64,000 nucleotides of DNA from Candidatus Micrarchaeota archaeon (lineage in GTDB: Archaea; Micrarchaeota; Micrarchaeia; Anstonellales; Bilamarchaeaceae), in the NCBI GenBank assembly GCA_038046765.1, contig JBBSVN010000002.1, forward strand, positions 1 through 64,000, in the 5' to 3' direction. The position numbers and the translations under genes were made by a program. The notes under the pieces are model-generated. The model worked only from the letters and a program-made list of their open reading frames with translations, was not told where the DNA came from and searched no databases. Of this stretch, positions 1 through 8,177 are shown one piece after another (position 1 is the first letter of the stretch; each line of letters begins with the position of its first letter).

Positions 1-1
1 A

Positions 2-100
2 ATTGTTGCAGTAGCTGCATATTTCCTCTTCTTTAGAAAAGGAGGCGAAGGAGGATCAGCCGGCAAGGGAAAATTTAAGTTTAAAGATAATCAGAACTAG
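2..100 (+). CDS. 3' end of a membrane-anchored protein (partial, runs off window start)
   Basis: Open frame IVAVAAYFLFFRKGGEGGSAGKGKFKFKDNQN* (hydrophobic stretch plus basic tail), followed by a poly-T tract. Confidence 0.6.
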   Translation: MVAVAAYFLFFRKGGEGGSAGKGKFKFKDNQN

Positions 101-285
101 TTTTTTTTTATTTTTTCTCTTATTTTTTAGTTATCTTCTTTGTCCGAATCAATTGATTAGAAATCGAAAATGCTTAAATTCATATTAGACGTTAATTAAT
201 ATATTAAAATAGGCTTAGGAAGTATATCTCTAAGTTTTCCCTAGAAATGTGGTTGGAGTTCATTCTAAAGTTGGTGAAGATCCAT

Positions 286-1425
286 TTATATCTCAATCTT
301 CTCCATCTTAGAGATTGTTCTATCAATGATTTGATCTAAATTAATCATCTGGTCCAGCTTCTTGACATAATCTAATTTTGCTTTAGTTGATGGGTTCTTG
401 CTTGAAACTAGCGAGCAACAATCTTTGTACTCTTCTAAAGATGTCTCGTAAGTTCCGATTCTTTTTGCCAGGTCAATTATTTCCTTTTTATCATATGATA
501 TTAATGGCCTAAATATTGGCAAGTTTGTGCCATCTTCTGTAGCAAGTATATTTTCCAAAGTTTGGCTTGCCACTTGTGCGAGGTTATCTCCGTTTACTAT
601 TGCTAAGTAATTATTTTCTCTTGCAACTTTTTCTGCAAGTTTTGTTATAAATCTTTTAAATAGCACAACTTCTTCCCTTGCATTTATCTCAAAAGTTTTT
701 TTATAAAATTCATCGTATTCTGCGTTGTATAATTTACTTTTTGCTAGTGAATACTCATTTAGTTTTTCTATCAATTTCTTTATTTTATCAATATTCTTAT
801 TCACACTTATGTGTAAGTAATCTACATCACATCCTCTTTTCATCATTAAATAAGCAGCAGCAGGGGAATCAATGCCTCCCGAAAGTAATAACAATACTTT
901 TCCAGAGCAACCTACTGGTAAACCGCCTAAGCCATAATTCTTTTCAAAATAAATAATTGCTTTGTTTAGTAGCAATATCTCTATATAAACGGTTATATCT
1001 GGTTTATGAATATCAATTTTAAATCCATTGTCAAAAAGAGTCTTACCTACATCTTTGTTTATTTCTATTGATGTCTTTTCAAATTTTTTATCACTTCTTC
1101 TTGAGTCAACAACTACTGTTTTTTCTTTATTTTTTTCAAGTTTATCTCTTACAAATAGATTTATTTTTTCTAAGTCTTTTTCGATTTCATAAGCAAAACT
1201 AAACCAAACTATTCCAAAAACTTTATTTAGTGCGATAGTTATCTTATTTCGATCTATCTGCGTTTTAAAGTAGATATGTATCCTGCTTTCTTCTAAAATA
1301 ACCTGTTCGATCTGTTCATTTTCTAGTGCAATTTTTATGTTCTTTATAAGTAGCCTTTCAAAATCAGGTTTATTTTTTCCCTTTATCCCAATTTCCCCGT
1401 AATGTACTTTTACAAGTTCTTTCAT
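286..1425 (-). CDS. thiI: tRNA 4-thiouridine(8) synthase ThiI
   Basis: N-terminal HYGEIGIKGKN, THUMP domain, PP-loop LLSGGIDS, GDNLAQVASQT, RPL and DCC motifs; no rhodanese domain. Confidence 0.95.
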   Translation of the reverse strand: MKELVKVHYGEIGIKGKNKPDFERLLIKNIKIALENEQIEQVILEESRIHIYFKTQIDRNKITIALNKVFGIVWFSFAYEIEKDLEKINLFVRDKLEKNKEKTVVVDSRRSDKKFEKTSIEINKDVGKTLFDNGFKIDIHKPDITVYIEILLLNKAIIYFEKNYGLGGLPVGCSGKVLLLLSGGIDSPAAAYLMMKRGCDVDYLHISVNKNIDKIKKLIEKLNEYSLAKSKLYNAEYDEFYKKTFEINAREEVVLFKRFITKLAEKVARENNYLAIVNGDNLAQVASQTLENILATEDGTNLPIFRPLISYDKKEIIDLAKRIGTYETSLEEYKDCCSLVSSKNPSTKAKLDYVKKLDQMINLDQIIDRTISKMEKIEI

Positions 1426-1432
1426 AATAATC

Positions 1433-1474
1433 TAGCCTGTAGCTAGTAGCATGTGGCAAGTAGCCCGTAGCTTA
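1433..1474. repeat. Heptamer tandem array (TAGCNNN x6)
   Basis: TAGCCTG TAGCTAG TAGCATG TGGCAAG TAGCCCG TAGCTTA. Confidence 0.85.
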
Positions 1475-1507
1475 CTTTAAATAAATTAGAAATATGTTAA
1501 AAAAATT

Positions 1508-1663
1508 CAGTTTTTGTAAAAAATCTGATGATTGCGATTCACCATTTTTTTTTATTCCTGCTGAAAATAAAAATCTCGTGGTTGCTACCACGATCTTTAT
1601 TCTATAAGAATAAATCCAATGGCTGCTGCCACTATCTTTTTACTTTTGTTAAAGTAAAAAATC
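1508..1663 (-). other. Array of about 7 tandem hairpins with GAT linkers, 3' of tRNA-Ser
   Basis: Consecutive inverted repeats, most separated by ATC on + (GAT on -); three AGCA loops on -; G-U pairs favour the minus strand. Confidence 0.7.
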
Positions 1664-1839
1664 GCCGGGAATGAGATTTTCAATATCTTTGGTTCTAAGA
1701 AAAACCGTTAAGATTTTTTGCGAACCGTCCGCTTTTTGACCTATGTAAAACAAACATAAAAAGCGGTCGTTTGAACTCATGAACGCTTACGCGCAACAGG
1801 TTAGCAACCTGCCGCCCTACCGGACTAGGCGACCCCGGC
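1663..1839 (-). tRNA. tRNA-Ser(GCT) with a ~93-nt intron at 59/60 (about 1677-1769)
   Basis: Spliced: GCCGGGG TC GCCTAGTCCGGTAGGGC G GCAGG TT GCT AA CCTGT [long variable arm] ATGAG TTCAAA|T CTCAT TCCCGGC G; TTCA/TGAA central helix at the junction. Confidence 0.92.
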
Positions 1840-1918
1840 CTAAATATAATTTAATTTTTTTAATAGCAAATCGCTACTAGAAATATGTTATATATTATCT
1901 ATATTATAATTTTAATGT

Positions 1919-3109
1919 TTAAACTACTGTTCCCCATCCACCAAGTCTCCATCTATTTCCTATTCTTCTGCTAATCGCAATTCGCGACCCCTTTTCAGCT
2001 ACGAGTGCCTTTTTGGATTTTATTGTCGCAACTCCTCCTTTAGCTAGTTGCGCAATCACACCTAGGCTTGTTGCAGTATAGCAATTTATTGCCAATACCT
2101 CGCCATCTTTTAGCGGGGGATTTTGAATATCTACTCTCTTTAGTAATTCGACCTTTACATTAAATGTTGAAATTGCATCTGTTAATGCTCCTTTTAATCC
2201 TATGACTGAACCAACTAATGCGTCGCTTTTTGTCAGAGCCGGATCCAGGTTTGTTCCAACTGCAATTAAACCTCCCGGTGTTGCTTCTTCCAAACTCTCA
2301 CTTTCTTCCCTTAAACTTAATATTTCGCAATCTATTGGGGTCGCCTTTGCCCCCTCTTTTCTGACTATTCCTGGTTTTATTTCAATAATTTGGCCTATTT
2401 TTAATTTTCCTTTGATTATTGATCCACCTAGCACGCCGCCTCCAATATCTTTTATCTTGGCGCCTGGTTTATTGACATCAAATGATCTTGAAACATACAT
2501 GACTGGTGACGCGTTTAAATCTCGATTTACATTTGGGATATTTTCCTCGATTGCACCAACTAATGCGTCCATGTTTAATCCATAATTTGCCGCAACTGGG
2601 ATTATGGGTGCGTCTTGCGCAACACTCCCTTTTAGGAATGTTTTAATCTGTTTGTAGTTTTCAAGTGCCTTCTCTTTTGATACTAAATCTACCTTTGTTT
2701 GTACTATTACGATATTCTTTATTCCAGTTGAATTTAGAACAATTAAATGTTCTGCAGTTTGCGGTTGTGGGCAGACTTCATTTGCAGCTATTAAAAATAT
2801 CGCTCCATCTAATATTGAACTTGCTGCAATTACTGTAGTCATTAAAGTTTCGTGACCTGGTGCGTCTACAATAGAAATTTTTCTTTTTAATTCTGTTTTT
2901 CCTCCACAGGAGCACTTTTGGGTTAATACATACTTTTTGCATTTTGTGCATTTGTAAATAGTCGCATCAGCATAGCCTAATCTTATTGAAATTCCTCGTT
3001 TTATTTCTTCGCTGTGCGTATCTGTCCATTTGCCAGTTAACGCTTTAGTCAAAGTGGTTTTGCCGTGGTCAACGTGACCAAGCATTCCGATATTTACTTG
3101 TGCTTGTAT
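1919..3109 (-). CDS. eif2g: Translation initiation factor aIF2 gamma subunit; probable ATA start at 3109
   Basis: GHVDHGKTT, RGISI, zinc knuckle, DAPGHE, C-terminal RWRLGGWG; conserved QAQVNIG lies upstream of the ATG at 3085. Confidence 0.96.
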   Translation of the reverse strand: MQAQVNIGMLGHVDHGKTTLTKALTGKWTDTHSEEIKRGISIRLGYADATIYKCTKCKKYVLTQKCSCGGKTELKRKISIVDAPGHETLMTTVIAASSILDGAIFLIAANEVCPQPQTAEHLIVLNSTGIKNIVIVQTKVDLVSKEKALENYKQIKTFLKGSVAQDAPIIPVAANYGLNMDALVGAIEENIPNVNRDLNASPVMYVSRSFDVNKPGAKIKDIGGGVLGGSIIKGKLKIGQIIEIKPGIVRKEGAKATPIDCEILSLREESESLEEATPGGLIAVGTNLDPALTKSDALVGSVIGLKGALTDAISTFNVKVELLKRVDIQNPPLKDGEVLAINCYTATSLGVIAQLAKGGVATIKSKKALVAEKGSRIAISRRIGNRWRLGGWGTVV

Positions 3110-3122
3110 TTAAACCACCAAT

Positions 3123-3518
3123 TTATTTCTTCGCTTCTTCCTTCGCTTTAGGAGGGAATAATTGTTCTAGTGTTGCAGTACCATAATCGCTTACTACTAC
3201 GTTTACCTGCATAGTATCTAATGAGATTACATTTCCTCTTACTAGCTTTCTTTTTCTCTGGCCCTTTTCCGCATCTTGGTATCCAACTCCTTTTGTAAGT
3301 AGTATTCTTGCTTTTTTAGTTCCGCCAATATCCCTTCGCATTGGAAATCCGCTCTTATCACTGCCGCCTGTTACCTGGAATGAATACCCAGCTGCGCCAA
3401 CGATTCCGCCTTCTATTTGTTCACCAATTACCTTTCCGATAATTGAAGTTTCAGTTTCCTTTGCTACTTCGATATTATAACTTTTGCCTGTTTTTTTATC
3501 TGATACAACTATTCGCAT
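3123..3518 (-). CDS. rps6e: 30S ribosomal protein S6e (eS6)
   Basis: TGGSDKSGFPM and RKRKLVRGN motifs; typical neighbour of aIF2-gamma. Confidence 0.96.
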   Translation of the reverse strand: MRIVVSDKKTGKSYNIEVAKETETSIIGKVIGEQIEGGIVGAAGYSFQVTGGSDKSGFPMRRDIGGTKKARILLTKGVGYQDAEKGQRKRKLVRGNVISLDTMQVNVVVSDYGTATLEQLFPPKAKEEAKK

Positions 3519-3731
3519 AAGATTACCTCTATTTTTCTTTTTTTAAGTATTAACTTAAGTATTATCAGTAGGGTTTATTTTCTATTCTATTTTTTCTTCT
3601 TCAATTATTATTTATTATTATATGTCTGCATCTAAGATTATGATAAGATATATTTAAAAGCAGTACTTTACCTTCGAAATATGATAAAATCATAAAAAAA
3701 AAGAAATAAAAAAATTAAATTTATTTAAGAA

Positions 3732-3947
3732 TTATGCATTCTTTAATTTTGCCTTGCAGACATATCCTGTTTTGTCTACATAATACATATATCCAGATTG
3801 TTTAGCAATTTTTTCACTTCCTATTTTCTTCTTCTTTCCTTTTTTGTTATGTTTCATTGGTGCTGCCCAAACAAAACCGTCCTTACCGACGAAATAAAGA
3901 TAACCATCTTCTCTTACTATTTTTTCACTTCCTACTTTTTCTCCCAT
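3732..3947 (-). CDS. Small basic protein made of two internal repeats
   Basis: Repeats KVGSEKIVREDGYLYFVGKDGFV / KIGSEKIAKQSGYMYYVDKTGYV; GGTGA SD before the ATG at 3947; T-rich terminator. Confidence 0.85.
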   Translation of the reverse strand: MGEKVGSEKIVREDGYLYFVGKDGFVWAAPMKHNKKGKKKKIGSEKIAKQSGYMYYVDKTGYVCKAKLKNA

Positions 3948-4210
3948 AAAATTCACCTAAAAAGAGGCCAACATTTCCAGATTAGATTTTTCTCCCTCTG
4001 GATCAGAACCAAATATGGATCTGTATAATGACCTTATTTTTTCTTTTGCACTTATATTTACGACAGTATTTATAAATGTATCGTCGAATTCTACGTTTTT
4101 AACCTCGTGCAATAAGCTTAATAATGTTTGTTGCTCTTTTTTAGTCTTATCAAATTTCTAAACTCATCTCGTTGCAAATACAATTATATACCTTCTCTTA
4201 CATACTAATA

Positions 4211-4236
4211 TAATTGCGTAAAATAACTGCGTAAAA
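4211..4236 (+). promoter_or_regulatory. 13-bp tandem direct repeat upstream of ftsZ
   Basis: TAATTGCGTAAAA TAACTGCGTAAAA. Confidence 0.45.
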
Positions 4237-4268
4237 GTAATTACTATTAACTTGTTTTAGGTGATTCA

Positions 4269-5516
4269 TTGACTACTGATGATCAAAATGTTCTAGATAA
4301 GATTATTCAAGCTCCAGCTACTACATCTGTTGATTCAGTTACTGATATAGTTAATCCTGTAAAAATTACAAATACACCATCTACACCTGCCGCTAGTTCA
4401 CCAACCCCTGTGAATCCTTCAAATAATTATACCTATTCTCCAGCTGCAGAGCGAAAAATCGTTGAAGATCTTTCTCCTAAAAGCGATGATGAGGAAATTC
4501 TAAAGTTTTTAGAAGAAACAAAACAAAAAATATTTATTGTCGGTGCTGGTGGGAGTGGAACGAATACGCTCGATCGATTATTTGAATTAGGTGTTGAAGG
4601 GGTTACAACTGTTGCCATGAATACTGATGCTAAACACCTTCTAAGAATCAGGGCTAACAAGAAAATGATTCTAGGTAAAAAATTAACTGCCGGACGAGGA
4701 GCTGGAAGTAATCCTGTCATCGGGGAAGAAGCGGCTAAAGAAAGTCTGAACGAACTAAAACAAACTTTATCAAATGCGTCGCTTGTATTTATCACTTGTG
4801 GTATGGGCGGAGGAACTGGAACTGGAAGTGCACCAGTTATTGCCGAGCAGGCTAAACTCGCTGGCGCATTAACCGTTTGCGTTGTTACGTTGCCATTTAT
4901 AAGTGAAGGTCGAGTGCGACTAGAAAATGCATTAAAAGGCTTGGAAAAATTAAAGAAATTTAGTGATACTGTCATCGTTATAAAAAATGATAAGTTACTT
5001 AATCTTGTTCCTGATTTACCTCTTAACACTGCGTTTAAAGTTTGTGATGAAATCTTGGCTGGAAGCGTTAAAGGCGTAGCCGAATTAGTAACAAAATCCG
5101 GTTTAGTAAATGTTGATTTTGCCGATTTAAGAACAATTCTATCTAGTGGCGGTTATGCGGTAATTGGTTTAGGTGAAGCATCAGTTGATGCTAAGCACGA
5201 GGATCGCGCAAGAATCGCAGTTGAAGCTGCGCTAAACTCGCCATTACTAGATGCTGACATAAGTTCCGCAACCAAAGCATTAATAAATGTCGTGGGAGGA
5301 GAAGATATGACGCTAAAGGAGGCTGAATACGTAGTTGCTGAAACAGCAAGGCGCATAAATCCAAATGCTCATATTATCTGGGGAGCTAGGATAGAAAATC
5401 ATATTAAGAAATCTTCTATGCGTATATTAGTTGTTTTAGCCGGAGTAAAATTCCCGCGCTACGATCTGAATAATCCTAGTGCTATCGAGAATTTTGAACT
5501 TGATTTAATTGGTTAA
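4269..5516 (+). CDS. ftsZ: Cell division protein FtsZ (FtsZ1-type context)
   Basis: GAGGSG, AMNTD, GMGGGTGTG tubulin signature, NVDFAD; TTG start with GGTGA SD; ftsZ-secE-spt5 order. Confidence 0.97.
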   Translation: MTTDDQNVLDKIIQAPATTSVDSVTDIVNPVKITNTPSTPAASSPTPVNPSNNYTYSPAAERKIVEDLSPKSDDEEILKFLEETKQKIFIVGAGGSGTNTLDRLFELGVEGVTTVAMNTDAKHLLRIRANKKMILGKKLTAGRGAGSNPVIGEEAAKESLNELKQTLSNASLVFITCGMGGGTGTGSAPVIAEQAKLAGALTVCVVTLPFISEGRVRLENALKGLEKLKKFSDTVIVIKNDKLLNLVPDLPLNTAFKVCDEILAGSVKGVAELVTKSGLVNVDFADLRTILSSGGYAVIGLGEASVDAKHEDRARIAVEAALNSPLLDADISSATKALINVVGGEDMTLKEAEYVVAETARRINPNAHIIWGARIENHIKKSSMRILVVLAGVKFPRYDLNNPSAIENFELDLIG

Positions 5517-5546
5517 GGTCTAAACTACTAAGAAAAGGTTGTATTT

Positions 5547-5708
5547 ATGGAAATCGGAGAAATAATAAAAAGATGTTTAAGAGTATTTTACATTTCAAAA
5601 AAACCGACTGATGAAGACTTCAGAAAGGTTGCAAAGGTAACTGCTGTTGGCATAATTGTTATTGGTGTCATCGGACTTTTAATTTCATTAATAACTGCAT
5701 TATTTTAA
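5547..5708 (+). CDS. secE: Protein translocase SecE / Sec61-gamma (not in ORF track)
   Basis: MEIGEIIKRCLRVFYISKKPTDEDFRKVAKVTAVGIIVIGVIGLLISLITALF*; KP motif plus TM helix; between ftsZ and spt5. Confidence 0.93.
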   Translation: MEIGEIIKRCLRVFYISKKPTDEDFRKVAKVTAVGIIVIGVIGLLISLITALF

Positions 5709-5732
5709 TTATGAAAATTATAGGTAATTTAT

Positions 5733-6182
5733 ATGATATATACTATAAGAGTAACTTCGGGTCAGGAAAAAATCCTTTCGGAAATATTGCTTAAAAAAGC
5801 TAGAAGCGAAAAGTTAAATGTGTATTCTATCGTTTATCTTGAAAATGTAAAAGGTTACATCTTCGTTGAAAGCGATGATGAAAATACATCAGTTAAATTA
5901 ATTCAAAAAGTTAAACACGTAAAAGGTCTACTTAAAAAACCTCTTGCTGTTAGCGAAATTGAAAATTTGATAAAGGCAGTAAAGCAACCTGCTATGACTA
6001 TTGAAAATGGAGATATCATTGAAATGATTTAAGGTCCATTTAAATCAGAAAAAGCAAGGGTTACTAAAATTGACGAAGCTAAGGATGAAATTACTGTGGA
6101 GCTTATTGAAGTCGCAGTTCCGATTCCGGTTACTGTAAAAAGTAAGATGGCTCGTCTGTTCCAGAAAGCTGGAGCTGAGTAA
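5733..6182 (+). CDS. spt5: Transcription elongation factor Spt5/NusG with an internal TAA at 6030-6032
   Basis: NGN domain (GQE, KGYIFVE); after the TAA the frame continues [35 protein letters not shown] (KOW) to TAA at 6180-6182. Confidence 0.93.
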
Positions 6183-6251
6183 TTTTTTCTTAATTTTTTA
6201 TCTTATTTGTTTTTATTTTTTTACCTTTAATATTATTCTATTTCTAAATAT

Positions 6252-6411
6252 GCGTTAGTAGTCTAGAACTTTGTTTTAATTAATTAAAATAAGGTAGATA
6301 CTGGTAGGATTCGAGCTTCCCATTTTTTAAAAAGGAAAAAGCTCGCGACCCGGGTCCGAAACGAGTCTCCAGTCATGTGTCTGGTGTCTTGCGTATTTCC
6401 CGGCTGACGCA
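6252..6411 (+). tRNA. tRNA-Gly(CCC) with three introns (16/17: 6268-6300; 37/38: 6323-6339; 59/60: 6361-6397)
   Basis: Spliced: GCGTTAG TA GTCT AGA|CTGGTA GGAT T CGAGC TT CCC A|A GCTCG CGAC CCGGG TCCGAA|T CCCGG CTGACGC A; BHB-type pairing at each junction. Confidence 0.88.
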
Positions 6412-6414
6412 TTT

Positions 6415-6990
6415 TTACTTTTTAGCTATCTGTGTGTATTCTCCGTATAAATCATAATCAGTTGCAACTGGGAGCCTTACTTTGATTTCTAAACCTCGTG
6501 TATTTCTTATCCTAATTTCTTTTAATTTTTGGCCATAGTTTTGCATTATATCCATTTGACCCGAATTTACTATTGCAACAATCTCTTGTGGATTTCTTAA
6601 ATCGCGTATTTTATAAAAAAGAGCCCCCCTTTTTTCATCTTGATTTGTGAATACACCAAAAAATGGATCTAACTCTATATCCATTCTCCATGGTGCATGA
6701 GCTGGAGGCTTAAATCTTGGATCTGTTGATTGACAGTACATAACATTTTGATCATATATCGGTACGCCTCTTTCATGAAGTTTTTTAAGTAAGATATACA
6801 TTGAAGATCGTTTTGCCCAAGGTTCTTCTAATAACGGCTCCATATCTAATTTGGTAACTTTTTTGCATAGTTCCACTCCTAGAATAGGATTAAATGTATG
6901 GAACGCACAAAGACCCACCATTCCATAAGTCATAAGTGCAGGAAAATTTTCACTCAATCTTCTTAATTTTTTACTTATCATTTTGATCAC
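6415..6990 (-). CDS. Hypothetical protein, N-terminal hydrophobic segment
   Basis: 191-aa ORF overlapping the stop of the upstream ankyrin gene. Confidence 0.65.
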   Translation of the reverse strand: MIKMISKKLRRLSENFPALMTYGMVGLCAFHTFNPILGVELCKKVTKLDMEPLLEEPWAKRSSMYILLKKLHERGVPIYDQNVMYCQSTDPRFKPPAHAPWRMDIELDPFFGVFTNQDEKRGALFYKIRDLRNPQEIVAIVNSGQMDIMQNYGQKLKEIRIRNTRGLEIKVRLPVATDYDLYGEYTQIAKK

Positions 6991-7619
6991 TATTTTTTTG
7001 CTATAATAATTGCCTCCCCCATATTTTCTTCTGTTCTTGGGTTTAAATATAATTTCTGTTCGCTAAGCGTTTTAGCTATTGCAAGGTTTCTTCCAGCTAT
7101 AGCATAATATCTCGCATCATTACCATTTTGGTCAGTTGCAAAAACATCTGCACCTTTTTTTAATAGAGTGTTGACATTTCCAGCCCTACCATAAAATGCT
7201 GCAACCATGAGCATTGTGCGACCTTTTTCATCATTAATTTTATTAATATCTAATCCCCTTACTTTGAATTTGTCTATAAATCGGCCTAAGACAGGGTAAT
7301 TGTCCTGATACTGGGCTATTTCAAAAGCATCTTTTATTTCTTTAGTTTCTGCTTCTTTTTCGGTCATAATAAAAAGGTCCAATTTTCTAATTTCTAGCAC
7401 TTTTGGGTTTATGTTGAGTCTTTCATTTGTGTATTTCTTAGAAGCGGGTAATGTATAACTATCAACTATTTGATAATAATTTGTCATGGGGTTGTCTAAA
7501 TTCTTGTTAAATCTATTGCCAAATATTATTGTTGGAATTACTAAAGCACTACCTAAACCAATTATGGTTGTAATTCGAACTAGAGCTTTACGATCAAATG
7601 TTTGCCTCTTTAATTTCAT
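6990..7619 (-). CDS. Membrane-anchored ankyrin-repeat protein
   Basis: N-terminal TM; GRTMLMVAAFYGRAGNVNTLLKKGADVFATDQNGNDARYYA ankyrin repeats. Confidence 0.85.
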   Translation of the reverse strand: MKLKRQTFDRKALVRITTIIGLGSALVIPTIIFGNRFNKNLDNPMTNYYQIVDSYTLPASKKYTNERLNINPKVLEIRKLDLFIMTEKEAETKEIKDAFEIAQYQDNYPVLGRFIDKFKVRGLDINKINDEKGRTMLMVAAFYGRAGNVNTLLKKGADVFATDQNGNDARYYAIAGRNLAIAKTLSEQKLYLNPRTEENMGEAIIIAKK

Positions 7620-7741
7620 AACAAATTATCTGTTGCAATGTATATATAAGATATTTGGGTTGGACTTAATCTGCTACTTCTTTTTAAACATTTTTGTATA
7701 AGACTCAATTAACAATTAATAATAACTTTTTAGGTGATTAT

Positions 7742-8170
7742 TTGCATTTTCCAAAAATAAAAACCAGATTAATTAGTGCAGTACTATTATCCACTGTGTC
7801 TTTATCATGTAATTCTAAGCCTAAAACTTTTGATAGTAAAACACAGCTATTGGTTGAAGTTCTTTATTGTAATGATTCCAGAAACGATCCATCCAAATGC
7901 GTTGTAAAATACATAGATACTAAATTTTTTGAAGAAGGTACTAATCCAGCTATTTTAAACAATCAGATAAGGCAGGCGAATGAAAAAGTAAATTCTATTG
8001 TTGGTGCATGCGACATTGCTGGTTTCCACACACAAGATGGAATTAATCGATTCTATCCTGATGTAAGGGTTCGGGTTGAACTATTTAATTCATTTGACGA
8101 TGGGAAGTTTTTTATATATTCAAATAAAAAACAAACAAATCCAGTTTATCTTTGTCTGCAATCTCCTTAG
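7742..8170 (+). CDS. Hypothetical secreted/lipoprotein-like protein
   Basis: TTG at 7742 after GGTGA SD; signal-like LISAVLLSTVSLSC. Confidence 0.6.
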   Translation: MHFPKIKTRLISAVLLSTVSLSCNSKPKTFDSKTQLLVEVLYCNDSRNDPSKCVVKYIDTKFFEEGTNPAILNNQIRQANEKVNSIVGACDIAGFHTQDGINRFYPDVRVRVELFNSFDDGKFFIYSNKKQTNPVYLCLQSP

Positions 8171-8177
8171 GTTAAAG

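Noticed and set aside
1508..1663. Hairpin array as a CRISPR or TIGR array
   Set aside because: No identical direct repeats with spacers, no regular C/D boxes, and no cas or Nop-domain gene in the window
6030..6032. Alternative genetic code (TAA reassignment)
   Set aside because: TAA ends many conserved genes here at the expected positions; this is a single isolated case
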